Below, piece after piece: positions 43,001-56,420 of a stretch of 64,000 nt of DNA. Location of the stretch: contig OZ024743.1 in the NCBI GenBank assembly GCA_964016885.1, forward strand, positions 36,394,001 through 36,458,000. Direction: 5' to 3'. Below the pieces are notes generated by a model. It had not been told where the DNA came from and did no database searches. It saw only the letters and a program-made list of their open reading frames with translations. The first letter of the stretch is position 1. Every line of letters starts with the position of its first letter. The translations under genes and the position numbers were made by a program. The stretch is from Eledone cirrhosa (Eukaryota).

Positions 43001-46000
43001 CCTCTACAGTCTTTGTTAATGTTCCTCTACAGTCTTTGTTAATGTTCCTCTACAGTCTTTGTTTATGTTCCTCTACAGTCTTTGTTAATGTTCCTCTACA
43101 ATCTTTGTTATGTTCCTCTACAGTCTTTGTTAATGTTCCTCTACAGTCGTTGTTAATGTTCCTCTACAGTCTTTGTTAATGTTCCTCTACAGTCCTTGTT
43201 AATGTTCCTCTACAGTCTTTGTTAATGTTCCTCTACAGTCTTTGTTAATGTTCCGCTACAGTCCTTGTTAATGTTCCTCTACAGTCTTTGTTAATGTTCC
43301 GCTACAGTCCTTGTAAATGTTCCTCTACAGTCTTTGTTAATGGTCCTCTACAGTCTTTGTTAATGTGCCTCTACAGTCTTTGTTAATGTTCCTCTACAGT
43401 CCTTGTTAATGTTCCTCTACAGTCTTTGTTAATGTTCCTCTACAGTCTTTGTTAATGTTCCTCTACAGTCTTTGTTAATGTTCCTCTACAGTCTTTGTTA
43501 ATGTTCCTCTACAGTCCTTGTTAATGTTCCTCTACAGTCTTTGTTAATGTTCCTCTACAGTCTTTGTTAATGTTCCTCTACAGTCTTTGTTAATGTTCCT
43601 CTACATTCTTTGTTAATGCTCCCCTACTGTCTTTGTTAATGTTCCCCTACTGTCTTTGTTAATGTTCCCCTACAGCCCTTGTTAATGTTCCCTACAGTCT
43701 TTGTTAATGTTCCTCTACAGTCCTTGTTAATGTTCCTCTATAGTCCTTGTTATTGTTCTTCTACAGTCCTCTCTACAGTCTTTGTTAATGTTCCCCTACT
43801 GTCTTTGTTAATGTTCACCTACAGCCCTTGTTAATGTTCCCTACAGTCTTTGTTAATGTTCCTCTACAGTCCTTGTTAATGTTCCTCTATAGTCCTTGTT
43901 ATTGTTCCTCTACAGTCCTCTCTACAGTCTTTGTAAATGTTCCTCTACAGTTTTTTAATGTTCCTCTACAGTCTTTGTTAATGTTCCTCTACAGTCTTTG
44001 TTAATGTTCCTCTACAGTCTTTGTTAATCTTCCTCTACAGTCTTTGTTAATGTTCCTCTACAGTCTTTGTTAATGTTCCTCTACAGTGTTTGTTTATGTT
44101 CCTCTACAGTCTTTGTTAATGTTCCTCTACAATCTTTGTTATGTTCCTCTACAGTCTTTGTTAATGTTCCTCTACAGTCGTTGTTAATGTTCCTCTACAG
44201 TCTTTGTTAATGTTCCTCTACAGTCCTTGTTAATGTTCCTCTACAGTCTTTGTTAATGGTCCTCTACAGTCTTTGTTAATGTTCCTCTATAGTCTTTGTT
44301 AATGTTCCTCTACAGTCCTTGTTAATGTTCCTCTACAGTCTTTGTTAATGGTCCTCTACAGTCTTTGTTAATGTTCCTCTACAGTCGTTGTTAATGTTCC
44401 TCTACAGTCTTTGTTAATGTTCCTCTACAGTCCTTGTTAATGTCCGCTACAGTCCTTGTTAATGTTCCTCTACAGTCTTTGTTAATGTTCCTCTACAGTC
44501 TTTGTTAATGTTCCTCTACAGTCTTTGTTAATGTTCCTCTACAGTCTTTGTTAATGTTCCTCTACAGTCTTTGTAAATGTTCCTCTACAGTCTTTGTTAA
44601 TGTTCCTCTACAGTCCTTGTTAATGTTCCTCAACAGTCTTTGTTAATGTTCCTCTACAGTCCTTGTTAATGTTCCTCAACAGTCTTTGTTAATGTTCCTC
44701 TACAGTCATTGTTAATGTTCCTCTACAATCTTTGTTAATGTTCCTCTGCAGTCTTTGTTAATGTTCCTCTACAGTCCTTGTTAATGTTCCTCTACAGTCT
44801 TTGTTAATGTTCCTCTACAGTCCTTGTTAATGTTCCTCTACAGTCCTTGTTAATTTCCTCTACAGTCTTTGTTAATGTTCCTCTACAGTCTTTGTTAATG
44901 TTCCTCTACAGTCTTTGTTAATGTTCCGCTACAGTCCTTGTTAATGTTCCTCTACAGTCTTTGTTAATGTGCCTCTACAGTCTTTGTTAATGTTCCTCTA
45001 CAGTCCTTGTTAATGTTCCTCTACAGTCTTTGTTAATGTTCCTCTACAGTCTTTGTTAATGTTCCTCTACAGTCTTTGTTAATGTTCCTCTACAGTCTTT
45101 GTTAATGTTCCTCTACATTCTTTGTTAATGCTCCCCTACTGTCTTTGTTAATGTTCCCCTACTGTCTTTGTTAATGTTCCCCTACAGCCCTTGTTAATGT
45201 TCCCTACAGTCTTTGTTAATGTTCCTCTACAGTCCTTGTTAATGTTCCTCTATAGTCCTTGTTATTGTTCTTCTACAGTCCTCTCTACAGTCTTTGTTAA
45301 TGTTCCCCTACTGTCTTTGTTAATATTCACCTACAGCCCTTGTTAATGTTCCCTACAGTCTTTGTTAATGTTCCTCTACAGTCCTTGTTAATGTTCCTCT
45401 ATAGTCCTTGTTATTGTTCCTCTACAGTCCTCTCTACAGTCTTTGTAAATGTTCCTCTACAGTTTTTTAATGTTCCTCTACAGTCTTTGTTAATGTTCCT
45501 CTACAGTCTTTGTTAATGTTCCTCTACAGTCTTTGTTAATCTTCCTCTACAGTCTTTGTTAATGTTCCTCTACAGTCTTTGTTAATGTTCCTCTACAGTC
45601 TTTGTTTATGTTCCTCTACAGTCTTTGTTAATGTTCCTCTACAATCTTTGTTATGTTCCTCTACAGTCTTTGTTAATGTTCCTCTACAGTCGTTGTTAAT
45701 GTTCCTCTACAGTCTTTGTTAATGTTCCTCTACAGTCCTTGTTAATGTTCCTCTACAGTCTTTGTTAATGGTCCTCTACAGTCTTTGTTAATGTTCCTCT
45801 ATAGTCTTTGTTAATATTCCTCTACAGTCCTTGTTAATGTTCCTCTACAGTCTTTGTTAATGGTCCTCTACAGTCTTTGTTAATGTTCCTCTACAGTCGT
45901 TGTTAATGTTCCTCTACAGTCTTTGTTAATGTTCCTCTACAGTCCTTGTTAATGTCCGCTACAGTCCTTGTTAATGTTCCTCTACAGTCTTTGTTAATGT

Positions 46001-46110
46001 TCCTCTACAGTCTTTGTTAATGTTCCTCTACAGTCCTTGTTAATGTTCCTCTACAGTCTTTGTTAATGTTCCTCTACAGTCTTTGTTAATGTTCCTCTAC
46101 AGTCTTTGTT
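25021..46110 (+). repeat. Satellite super-repeat copy B
   Basis: Offsets to copy A: 25,185, then 19,751 (CATCC 17301/37052), then 21,115 (GTTGC 18081/39196; CCTTTC 19231/40346), then 21,092 (TCGG 20791/41883; ATATTCAC 24231/45323). Boundaries approximate. Confidence 0.85.
36730..39455 (+). repeat. 1,364-bp tandem duplication unique to super-repeat copy B
   Basis: CATCC variant at 37052 and 38416. Accounts for the offset change from 19,751 to 21,115. Confidence 0.85.
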
Positions 46111-49100
46111 AATGTTCCCCTACAGCCCTTGTTAATGTTCCTCTACAGTCGTTGTTAATGTTCCTGTACAGTCTTTGTTAATATACCTCTACAGTCTTTG
46201 TTAATGTTCCTCTACAGTCTTTGTTAATGTTCCTCTACAGTCCTTGTTAATGTTCCTCTACAGTCTTTGTTAATGTTCCTCTACAGTCTTTGTTAATGTT
46301 CCTCTACAGTCTTTGTTAATGTTCCTCTACAGTCTTTGTTAATGTTCCTCTACAGTCCTTGTTAATGTTCCTCTACAGTCGTTGTTAATGTTCCTCTACA
46401 GTCTTTGTTAATGTTCCTCTACAGTCCTTGTTAATGTTCCTCTACAGTCGTTGTTAATGTTCCTCTACAGTCTTTGTTAATGTTCCTCTACAGTCTTTGT
46501 TAATGTTCCTCTACAGTCTTTGTTAATGTTCCTCTACAGTCTTTGTTAATGTTCCTCTACAGTCTTTGTTAATGTTCCTCTACAGTCTTTGTTAATGTTC
46601 CTCTATAGTCTTTGTTAATGTTCCTCTACAGTCTTTGTTAATGTTCCTCTACAGTCCTTGTTAATGTTCCTCTACAGTCTTTGTTAATGTTCCTCTACAG
46701 TCTTTGTTAATGTTCCTCTACAGTCCTTGTTAATGTTCCTCTACAGTCGTTGTTAATGTTCCTCTACAGTCTTTGTTAATGTTCCTCTACAGTCTTTGTT
46801 AATGTTCCTCTACAGTCTTTGTTAATGTTCCTCTACAGTCTTTGTTAATGTTCCTCTACAGTCTTTGTTAATGTTCCTCTACAGTCTTTGTTAATGTTCC
46901 TCTACAGTCTTTGTTAATGTTCCTCTACAGTCTTTGTTAATGTTCCTCTACAGTCTTTGTTAATGTTCCTCTACAGTCTTTGTTAATGTTCCTCTACAGT
47001 CCTTGTTAATGTTCCTCTACAGTCGTTGTTAATGTTCCTCTACAGTCTTTGTTAATGTTCCTCTACAGTCTTTGTTAATGTTCCTCTACAGTCTTTGTTA
47101 ATGTTCCTCTACAGTCCTTGTTAATGTTCCTCAACAGTCTTTGTTAATGTTCCTCTACAGTACTTGTTAATGTTCCTCAACAGTCTTTGTTAATGTTCCT
47201 CTACAGTCCTTGTTAATGTTCCTCAACAGTCTTTGTTAATGTTCCTCTACAGTCATTGTTAATGTTCCTCTACAGTCTTTGTTAATGTTCCTCTGCAGTC
47301 TTTGTTAATGTTCCTCTACAGTCCTTGTTAATGTTCCTCTACAGTCTTTGTTAATGTTCCTCTACAGTCCTTGTTAATGTTCCTCTACAGTCCTTGTTAA
47401 TTTCCTCTACAGTCTTTGTTAATGTTCCTCTACAGTCTTTGTTAATGTTCCTCTACAGTCTTTGTTAATGTTCCGCTACAGTCCTTGTTAATGTTCCTCT
47501 ACAGTCTTTGTTAATGTTCCTCTACAGTCTTTGTTAATGTTCCTCTACAGTCTTTGTTAATGTTCCTCTACAGTCTTTGTTAACGTTCCTCTACAGTCTT
47601 TGTTAATGTTCCTCTACAGTCTTTGTTAATGTTCCTCTACAGTCCTTGTTAATGTTCCTCTACAGTCCTTGTTAATGTTCCTCTACAGTCCTTGTTAATT
47701 TCCTCTACAGTCTTTGTTAATGTTCCTCTACAGTCTTTGTTAATGTTCCTCTACGGTCTTTGTTATTGTTCCTCTCCAGTCTTTGTTAATGTTCCTCTAC
47801 AGTCCTTGTGAATTTCCTCTACAGTCTTTGTTAATGTTCCTCTACAGTCTTTGTTAATGTTCCTCTACAGTCTTTGTTAATGTTCCGCTACAGTCCTTGT
47901 TAATGTTCCTCTACAGTCTTTGTTAATGTTCCTCTACAGTCTTTGTTAATGTTCCTCAACGGTCTTTGTTAATGTTCCTCTACAGTCCTTGTTAATGTTC
48001 CTCTACAGTCTTTGTTAATGGTCCTCTACAGTCTTTGTTAATGTTCCTCTACAGTCGTTGTTAATGTTCCTCTACAGTCTTTGTTAATGTTCCTCTACAG
48101 TCCTTGTTAATGTCCGCTACAGTCCTTGTTAATGTTCCTCTACAGTCTTTGTTAATGTTCCTCTACAGTCTTTGTTAATGTTCCTCTACAGTCTTTGTTA
48201 ATGTTCCTCTACAGTCTTTGTTAATGTTCCTCTACAGTCTTTGTAAATGTTCCTCTACAGTCTTTGTTAATGTTCCTCTACAGTCCTTGTTAATGTTCCT
48301 CAACAGTCTTTGTTAATGTTCCTCTACAGTCCTTGTTAATGTTCCTCAACAGTCTTTGTTAATGTTCCTCTACAGTCATTGTTAATGTTCCTCTACAATC
48401 TTTGTTAATGTTCCTCTGCAGTCTTTGTTAATGTTCCTCTACAGTCCTTGTTAATGTTCCTCTACAGTCTTTGTTAATGTTCCTCTACAGTCCTTGTTAA
48501 TGTTCCTCTACAGTCCTTGTTAATTTCCTCTACAGTCTTTGTTAATGTTCCTCTACAGTCTTTGTTAATGTTCCTCTACAGTCTTTGTTAATGTTCCGCT
48601 ACAGTCCTTGTTAATGTTCCTCTACAGTCTTTGTTAATGTGCCTCTACAGTCTTTGTTAATGTTCCTCTACAGTCCTTGTTAATGTTCCTCTACAGTTTT
48701 TGTTAATGTTCCTCTACAGTCTTTGTTAATGTTCCTCTACAGTCTTTGTTAATGTTCCTCTACAGTCTTTGTTAATGTTCCTCTACATTCTTTGTTAATG
48801 CTCCCCTACTGTCTTTGTTAATGTTCCCCTACTGTCTTTGTTAATGTTCCCCTACAGCCCTTGTTAATGTTCCCTACAGTCTTTGTTAATGTTCCTCTAC
48901 AGTCCTTGTTAATGTTCCTCTATAGTCCTTGTTATTGTTCTTCTACAGTCCTCTCTACAGTCTTTGTTAATGTTCCCCTACTGTCTTTGTTAATATTCAC
49001 CTACAGCCCTTGTTAATGTTCCCTACAGTCTTTGTTAATGTTCCTCTACAGTCCTTGTTAATGTTCCTCTATAGTCCTTGTTATTGTTCCTCTACAGTCC

Positions 49101-51640
49101 TCTCTACAGTCTTTGTAAATGTTCCTCTACAGTTTTTTAATGTTCCTCTACAGTCTTTGTTAATGTTCCTCTACAGTCTTTGTTAATGTTCCTCTACAGT
49201 CTTTGTTAATCTTCCTCTACAGTCTTTGTTAATGTTCCTCTACAGTCTTTGTTAATGTTCCTCTACAGTCTTTGTTTATGTTCCTCTACAGTCTTTGTTA
49301 ATGTTCCTCTACAATCTTTGTTATGTTCCTCTACAGTCTTTGTTAATGTTCCTCTACAGTCGTTGTTAATGTTCCTCTACAGTCTTTGTTAATGTTCCTC
49401 TACAGTCCTTGTTAATGTTCCTCTACAGTCTTTGTTAATGGTCCTCTACAGTCTTTGTTAATGTTCCTCTATAGTCTTTGTTAATGTTCCTCTACAGTCC
49501 TTGTTAATGTTCCTCTACAGTCTTTGTTAATGGTCCTCTACAGTCTTTGTTAATGTTCCTCTACAGTCGTTGTTAATGTTCCTCTACAGTCTTTGTTAAT
49601 GTTCCTCTACAGTCCTTGTTAATGTCCGCTACAGTCCTTGTTAATGTTCCTCTACAGTCTTTGTTAATGTTCCTCTACAGTCTTTGTTAATGTTCCTCTA
49701 CAGTCCTTGTTAATGTTCCTCTACAGTCTTTGTTAATGTTCCTCTACAGTCTTTGTTAATGTTCCTCTACAGTCTTTGTTAATGTTCCCCTACAGCCCTT
49801 GTTAATGTTCCTCTACAGTCGTTGTTAATGTTCCTGTACAGTCTTTGTTAATATACCTCTACAGTCTTTGTTAATGTTCCTCTACAGTCTTTGTTAATGT
49901 TCCTCTACAGTCCTTGTTAATGTTCCTCTACAGTCTTTGTTAATGTTCCTCTACAGTCTTTGTTAATGTTCCTCTACAGTCTTTGTTAATGTTCCTCTAC
50001 AGTCTTTGTTAATGTTCCTCTACAGTCCTTGTTAATGTTCCTCTACAGTCGTTGTTAATGTTCCTCTACAGTCTTTGTTAATGTTCCTCTACAGTCCTTG
50101 TTAATGTTCCTCTACAGTCGTTGTTAATGTTCCTCTACAGTCTTTGTTAATGTTCCTCTACAGTCTTTGTTAATGTTCCTCTACAGTCTTTGTTAATGTT
50201 CCTCTACAGTCTTTGTTAATGTTCCTCTACAGTCTTTGTTAATGTTCCTCTACAGTCTTTGTTAATGTTCCTCTATAGTCTTTGTTAATGTTCCTCTACA
50301 GTCTTTGTTAATGTTCCTCTACAGTCCTTGTTAATGTTCCTCTACAGTCTTTGTTAATGTTCCTCTACAGTCTTTGTTAATGTTCCTCTACAGTCCTTGT
50401 TAATGTTCCTCTACAGTCGTTGTTAATGTTCCTCTACAGTCTTTGTTAATGTTCCTCTACAGTCTTTGTTAATGTTCCTCTACAGTCTTTGTTAATGTTC
50501 CTCTACAGTCTTTGTTAATGTTCCTCTACAGTCTTTGTTAATGTTCCTCTACAGTCTTTGTTAATGTTCCTCTACAGTCTTTGTTAATGTTCCTCTACAG
50601 TCTTTGTTAATGTTCCTCTACAGTCTTTGTTAATGTTCCTCTACAGTCTTTGTTAATGTTCCTCTACAGTCCTTGTTAATGTTCCTCTACAGTCGTTGTT
50701 AATGTTCCTCTACAGTCTTTGTTAATGTTCCTCTACAGTCTTTGTTAATGTTCCTCTACAGTCTTTGTTAATGTTCCTCTACAGTCCTTGTTAATGTTCC
50801 TCAACAGTCTTTGTTAATGTTCCTCTACAGTACTTGTTAATGTTCCTCAACAGTCTTTGTTAATGTTCCTCTACAGTCCTTGTTAATGTTCCTCAACAGT
50901 CTTTGTTAATGTTCCTCTACAGTCATTGTTAATGTTCCTCTACAGTCTTTGTTAATGTTCCTCTGCAGTCTTTGTTAATGTTCCTCTACAGTCCTTGTTA
51001 ATGTTCCTCTACAGTCTTTGTTAATGTTCCTCTACAGTCCTTGTTAATGTTCCTCTACAGTCCTTGTTAATTTCCTCTACAGTCTTTGTTAATGTTCCTC
51101 TACAGTCTTTGTTAATGTTCCTCTACAGTCTTTGTTAATGTTCCGCTACAGTCCTTGTTAATGTTCCTCTACAGTCTTTGTTAATGTTCCTCTACAGTCT
51201 TTGTTAATGTTCCTCTACAGTCTTTGTTAATGTTCCTCTACAGTCTTTGTTAACGTTCCTCTACAGTCTTTGTTAATGTTCCTCTACAGTCTTTGTTAAT
51301 GTTCCTCTACAGTCCTTGTTAATGTTCCTCTACAGTCCTTGTTAATGTTCCTCTACAGTCCTTGTTAATTTCCTCTACAGTCTTTGTTAATGTTCCTCTA
51401 CAGTCTTTGTTAATGTTCCTCTACGGTCTTTGTTATTGTTCCTCTCCAGTCTTTGTTAATGTTCCTCTACAGTCCTTGTGAATTTCCTCTACAGTCTTTG
51501 TTAATGTTCCTCTACAGTCTTTGTTAATGTTCCTCTACAGTCTTTGTTAATGTTCCGCTACAGTCCTTGTTAATGTTCCTCTACAGTCTTTGTTAATGTT
51601 CCTCTACAGTCTTTGTTAATGTTCCTCAACGGTCTTTGTT
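44300..51640 (+). repeat. 3,670-bp tandem duplication
   Basis: ATATTCAC 45323/48993, ATATACC 46181/49851 and TACTTG 47161/50831, all offset 3,670. Confidence 0.88.
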
Positions 51641-52449
51641 AATGTTCCGCTACAGTCCTTGTTAATGTTCCTCTACAGTCTTTGTTAATGTTCCTCTACA
51701 GTCTTTGTTAATGTTCCTCTACAGTCTTTGTTAATGTTCCTCTACAGTCTTTGTTAATGTTCCTCTACAGTCTTTGTTAATGTTCCTCTACAGTCTTTGT
51801 TAATGTTCCTCTACAGTCCTTGTTAATGTTCCTCAACAGTCTTTGTTAATGTTCCTCTACAGTCCTTGTTAATGTTCCTCAACAGTCTTTGTTAATGTTC
51901 CTCTACAGTCCTTGTTAATGTTCCTCAACAGTCTTTGTTAATGTTCCTCTACAGTCATTGTTAATGTTCCTCTACAGTCTTTGTTAATGTTCCTCTGCAG
52001 TCTTTGTTAATGTTCCTCTACAGTCCTTGTTAATGTTCCTCTACAGTCTTTGTTAATGTTCCTCTACAGTCCTTGTTAATGTTCCTCTACAGTCCTTGTT
52101 AATTTCCTCTACAGTCTTTGTTAATCTTCCTCTACAGTCTTTGTTAATGTTCCTCTACAGTCTTTGTTAATGTTCCGCTACAGTCCTTGTTAATGTTCCT
52201 CTACAGTCTTTGTTAATGGTCCTCTACAGTCTTTGTTAATGTTCCTCTACATTCTTTGTTAATGTTCCTCTACAGTCTTTGTTAATGTTCCTCTACAGTC
52301 TTTGTTAATGTTCCTCTACAGTCTTTGTTAATGTTCCTCTACAGTCTTTGTTAATGTTCCTCTACAGTCCTTGTTAATGTTCCTCTACAGTCTTTGTTAA
52401 TGTTCCTCTACAGTCTTTGTTAATGTTCCTCTACAGTCTTTGTTAATGT

Positions 52450-55400
52450 TCCTCTACATTCTTTGTTAATGCTCCCCTACTGTCTTTGTTAATGTTCCCC
52501 TACTGTCTTTGTTAATGTTCCCCTACAGCCCTTGTTAATGTTCCCTACAGTCTTTGTTAATGTTCCTCTACAGTCCTTGTTAATGTTCCTCTATAGTCCT
52601 TGTTATTGTTCTTCTACAGTCCTCTCTACAGTCTTTGTTAATGTTCCCCTACTGTCTTTGTTAATGTTCACCTACAGCCCTTGTTAATGTTCCCTACAGT
52701 CTTTGTTAATGTTCCTCTACAGTCCTTGTTAATGTTCCTCTATAGTCCTTGTTATTGTTCCTCTACAGTCCTCTCTACAGTCTTTGTTAATGTTCCCCTA
52801 CTGTCTTTGTTAATGTTCCCCTACAGCCCTTGTTAATGTTCCCTACAGTCTTTGTTAATGTTCCTCTACAGTCCTTGTTAATGTTCCTCTATAGTCCTTG
52901 TTATTGTTCCTCTACAGTCCTTGTTAATGTTCCTCTACAGTCCTTGTTAATGTTCCTCTACAGTCCTTGTTAATGTTCCTCTACAGTCCTTGTTAATGTT
53001 CCTCTACAGTCTTTGTTAATGTGCCTCTACAGTCTTTGTTAATGTTCCTCTACAGTCCTTGTTAATGTTCCTCTACAGTCTTTGTTAATGTTCCTCTACA
53101 GTCTTTGTTAATGTTCCTCTACAGTCTTTGTTAATGTTCCTCTACAGTCTTTGTTAATGTTCCTCTACAGTCCTTGTTAATGTTCCTCTACAGTCTTTGT
53201 TAATGTTCCTCTACAGTCTTTGTTAATGTTCCTCTACAGTCTTTGTTAATGTTCCTCTACATTCTTTGTTAATGCTCCCCTACTGTCTTTGTTAATGTTC
53301 CCCTACTGTCTTTGTTAATGTTCCCCTACAGCCCTTGTTAATGTTCCCTACAGTCTTTGTTAATGTTCCTCTACAGTCCTTGTTAATGTTCCTCTATAGT
53401 CCTTGTTATTGTTCTTCTACAGTCCTCTCTACAGTCTTTGTTAATGTTCCCCTACTGTCTTTGTTAATGTTCACCTACAGCCCTTGTTAATGTTCCCTAC
53501 AGTCTTTGTTAATGTTCCTCTACAGTCCTTGTTAATGTTCCTCTATAGTCCTTGTTATTGTTCCTCTACAGTCCTCTCTACAGTCTTTGTTAATGTTCCC
53601 CTACTGTCTTTGTTAATGTTCCCCTACAACCCTTGTTAATGTTCCCTACAGTCTTTGTTAATGTTCCTCTACAGTCCTTGTTAATGTTCCTCTATAGTCC
53701 TTGTTATTGTTCCTCTACAGTCCTTGTTAATGTTCCTCTACAGTCCTTGTTAATGTTCCTCTACAGTCCTTGTTAATGTTCCTCTACAGTCCTTGTTAAT
53801 GTTCCTCTACAGTCTTTGTTAATGTGCCTCTACAGTCTTTGTTAATGTTCCTCTACAGTCCTTGTTAATGTTCCTCTACAGTCTTTGTTAATGTTCCTCT
53901 ACAGTCTTTGTTAATGTTCCTCTACAGTCTTTGTTAATGTTCCTCTACAGTCTTTGTTAATGTTCCTCTACAGTCCTTGTTAATGTTCCTCTACAGTCTT
54001 TGTTAATGTTCCTCTACAGTCTTTGTTAATGTTCCTCTACAGTCTTTGTTAATGTTCCTCTACATTCTTTGTTAATGCTCCCCTACTGTCTTTGTTAATG
54101 TTCCCCTACTGTCTTTGTTAATGTTCCCCTACAGCCCTTGTTAATGTTCCCTACAGTCTTTGTTAATGTTCCTCTACAGTCCTTGTTAATGTTCCTCTAT
54201 AGTCCTTGTTATTGTTCTTCTACAGTCCTCTCTACAGTCTTTGTTAATGTTCCCCTACTGTCTTTGTTAATGTTCACCTACAGCCCTTGTTAATGTTCCC
54301 TACAGTCTTTGTTAATGTTCCTCTACAGTCCTTGTTAATGTTCCTCTATAGTCCTTGTTATTGTTCCTCTACAGTCCTCTCTACAGTCTTTGTTAATGTT
54401 CCCCTACTGTCTTTGTTAATGTTCCCCTACAGCCCTTGTTAATGTTCCCTACAGTCCTTGTTAATGTTCCTCTATAGTCCTTGTTATTGTTCCTCTACAG
54501 TCCTTGTTAATGTACCTCTACAGTCCTTGTTAATGTTCCTCTACAGTCCTTGTTAATGTTCCTCTACAGTCCTTGTTAATGTTCCTCTACAGTCTTTGTT
54601 AATGTGCCTCTACAGTCTTTGTTAATGTTCCTCTACAGCCCTTGTTAATGTTCCCTACAGTCTTTGTTAATGTTCCTCTACAGTCCTTGTTAATGTTCCT
54701 CTATAGTCCTTGTTAATGTTCCTCTACAGTCCTTGTTAATGTTCCTCTACAGTCCTTGTTAATGTTCCCCTACTGTCTTTGTTAATGTTCCCCTACAGCC
54801 CTTGTTAATGTTCCTCTACAGTCTTTGTTATTGTTCCTCTACAGTCTTTGTTAATGTTCCTCTACATTCTTTGTTAATGTTACTCTACACTCTTTGTTAA
54901 TGTTCCTCTTCATTCCTTGTTAATGTTCCCCTACTGTCTTTGTTAATGTTCCCCTTCAGACCTTGTTAATGTTCCTCTACACTCCTTGTTGATGTTCCTC
55001 TATAGTCCTTGTTAATGTTCCTCTACAGTCTTTGTTAATGTTCCCCTACTGTCTTTGTTAATGTTCACCTACAGCCCTTGTTAATGTTCCCTACAGTCTT
55101 TGTTAATGTTCCTCTACAGTCCTTGTTAATGTTCCTCTATTGTCCTTGTTATTGTTCCTCTACAGTCCTTGTTAATGTTCCTCTACAGTCCTTGTTAATG
55201 TTCCTCTACAGTCCTTGTTAATGTTCCTCTACAGTCCTTGTTAATGTTCCTCTACAGTCTTTGTTAATGTGCCTCTACAGTCTTTGTTAATGTTCCTCTA
55301 CAGTCCTTGTTAATGTTCCTCTACAGTCTTTGTTAATGTTCCTCTACAGTCTTTGTTAATGTTCCTCTACAGTCTTTGTTAATGTTCCTCTACAGTCTTT

Positions 55401-56420
55401 GTTAATGTTCCTCTACAGTCCTTGTTAATGTTCCTCTACAGTCTTTGTTAATGTTCCTCTACAGTCTTTGTTAATGTTCCTCTACAGTCTTTGTTAATGT
55501 CCCTCTACATTCTTTGTTAATGCTCCCCTACTGTCTTTGTAAATGTTCCCCTACTGTCTTTGTTAATGTTCCCCTACAGCCCTTGTTAATGTTCCCTACA
55601 GTCTTTGTTAATGTTCCTCTACAGTCCTTGTTAATGTTCCTCTATAGTCCTTGTTATTGTTCTTCTACAGTCCTCTCTACAGTCTTTGTTAATGTTCCCC
55701 TACTGTCTTTGTTAATGTTCACCTACAGCCCTTGTTAATGTTCCCTACAGTCTTTGTTAATGTTCCTCTACAGTCCTTGTTAATGTTCCTCTATAGTCCT
55801 TGTTATTGTTCCTCTACAGTCCTCTCTACAGTCTTTGTTAATGTTCCCCTACTGTCTTTGTTAATGTTCCCCTACAGCCCTTGTTAATGTTCCATACAGT
55901 CTTTGTTAATGTTCCTCTACAGTCCTTGTTAATGTTCCTCTATAGTCCTTGTTATTGTTCCTCTACAGTCCTTGTTAATGTTCCTCTACAGTCCTTGTTA
56001 ATGTTCCTCTACAGTCCTTGTTAATGTTCCTCTACAGTCTTTGTTAATGTGCCTCTACAGTCTTTGTTAATGTTCCTCTACAACCCTTGTTAATGTTCCC
56101 TACAGTCTTTGTTAATGTTCCTCTACAGTCCTTGTTAATGTTCCTCTACAGTCCTTGTTAATGTTCCCCTACTGTCTTTGTTAATGTTCCCCTACAGCCC
56201 TTGTTAATGTTCCTCTACAGTCTTTGTTATTGTTCCTCTACAGTCTTTGTTAATGTTCCTCTACAGTCTTTGTTAATGTTACTCTACACTCTTTGTTAAT
56301 GTTCCTCTTCATTCCTTGTTAATGTTCCCCTACTGTCTTTGTTAATGTTCCCCTTCAGACCTTGTTAATGTTCCTCTACACTCCTTGTTGATGTTCCTCT
56401 ATAGTCCTTGTTAATGTTCC
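52450..56420 (+). repeat. Terminal satellite domain with 803-bp units (x3) and a ~1.4-kb duplication
   Basis: GCTCCCC at 52471, 53274, 54077 (period 803) and 55522; CCCCTTCAGA at 54951 and 56350 (offset 1,399). Confidence 0.8.
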
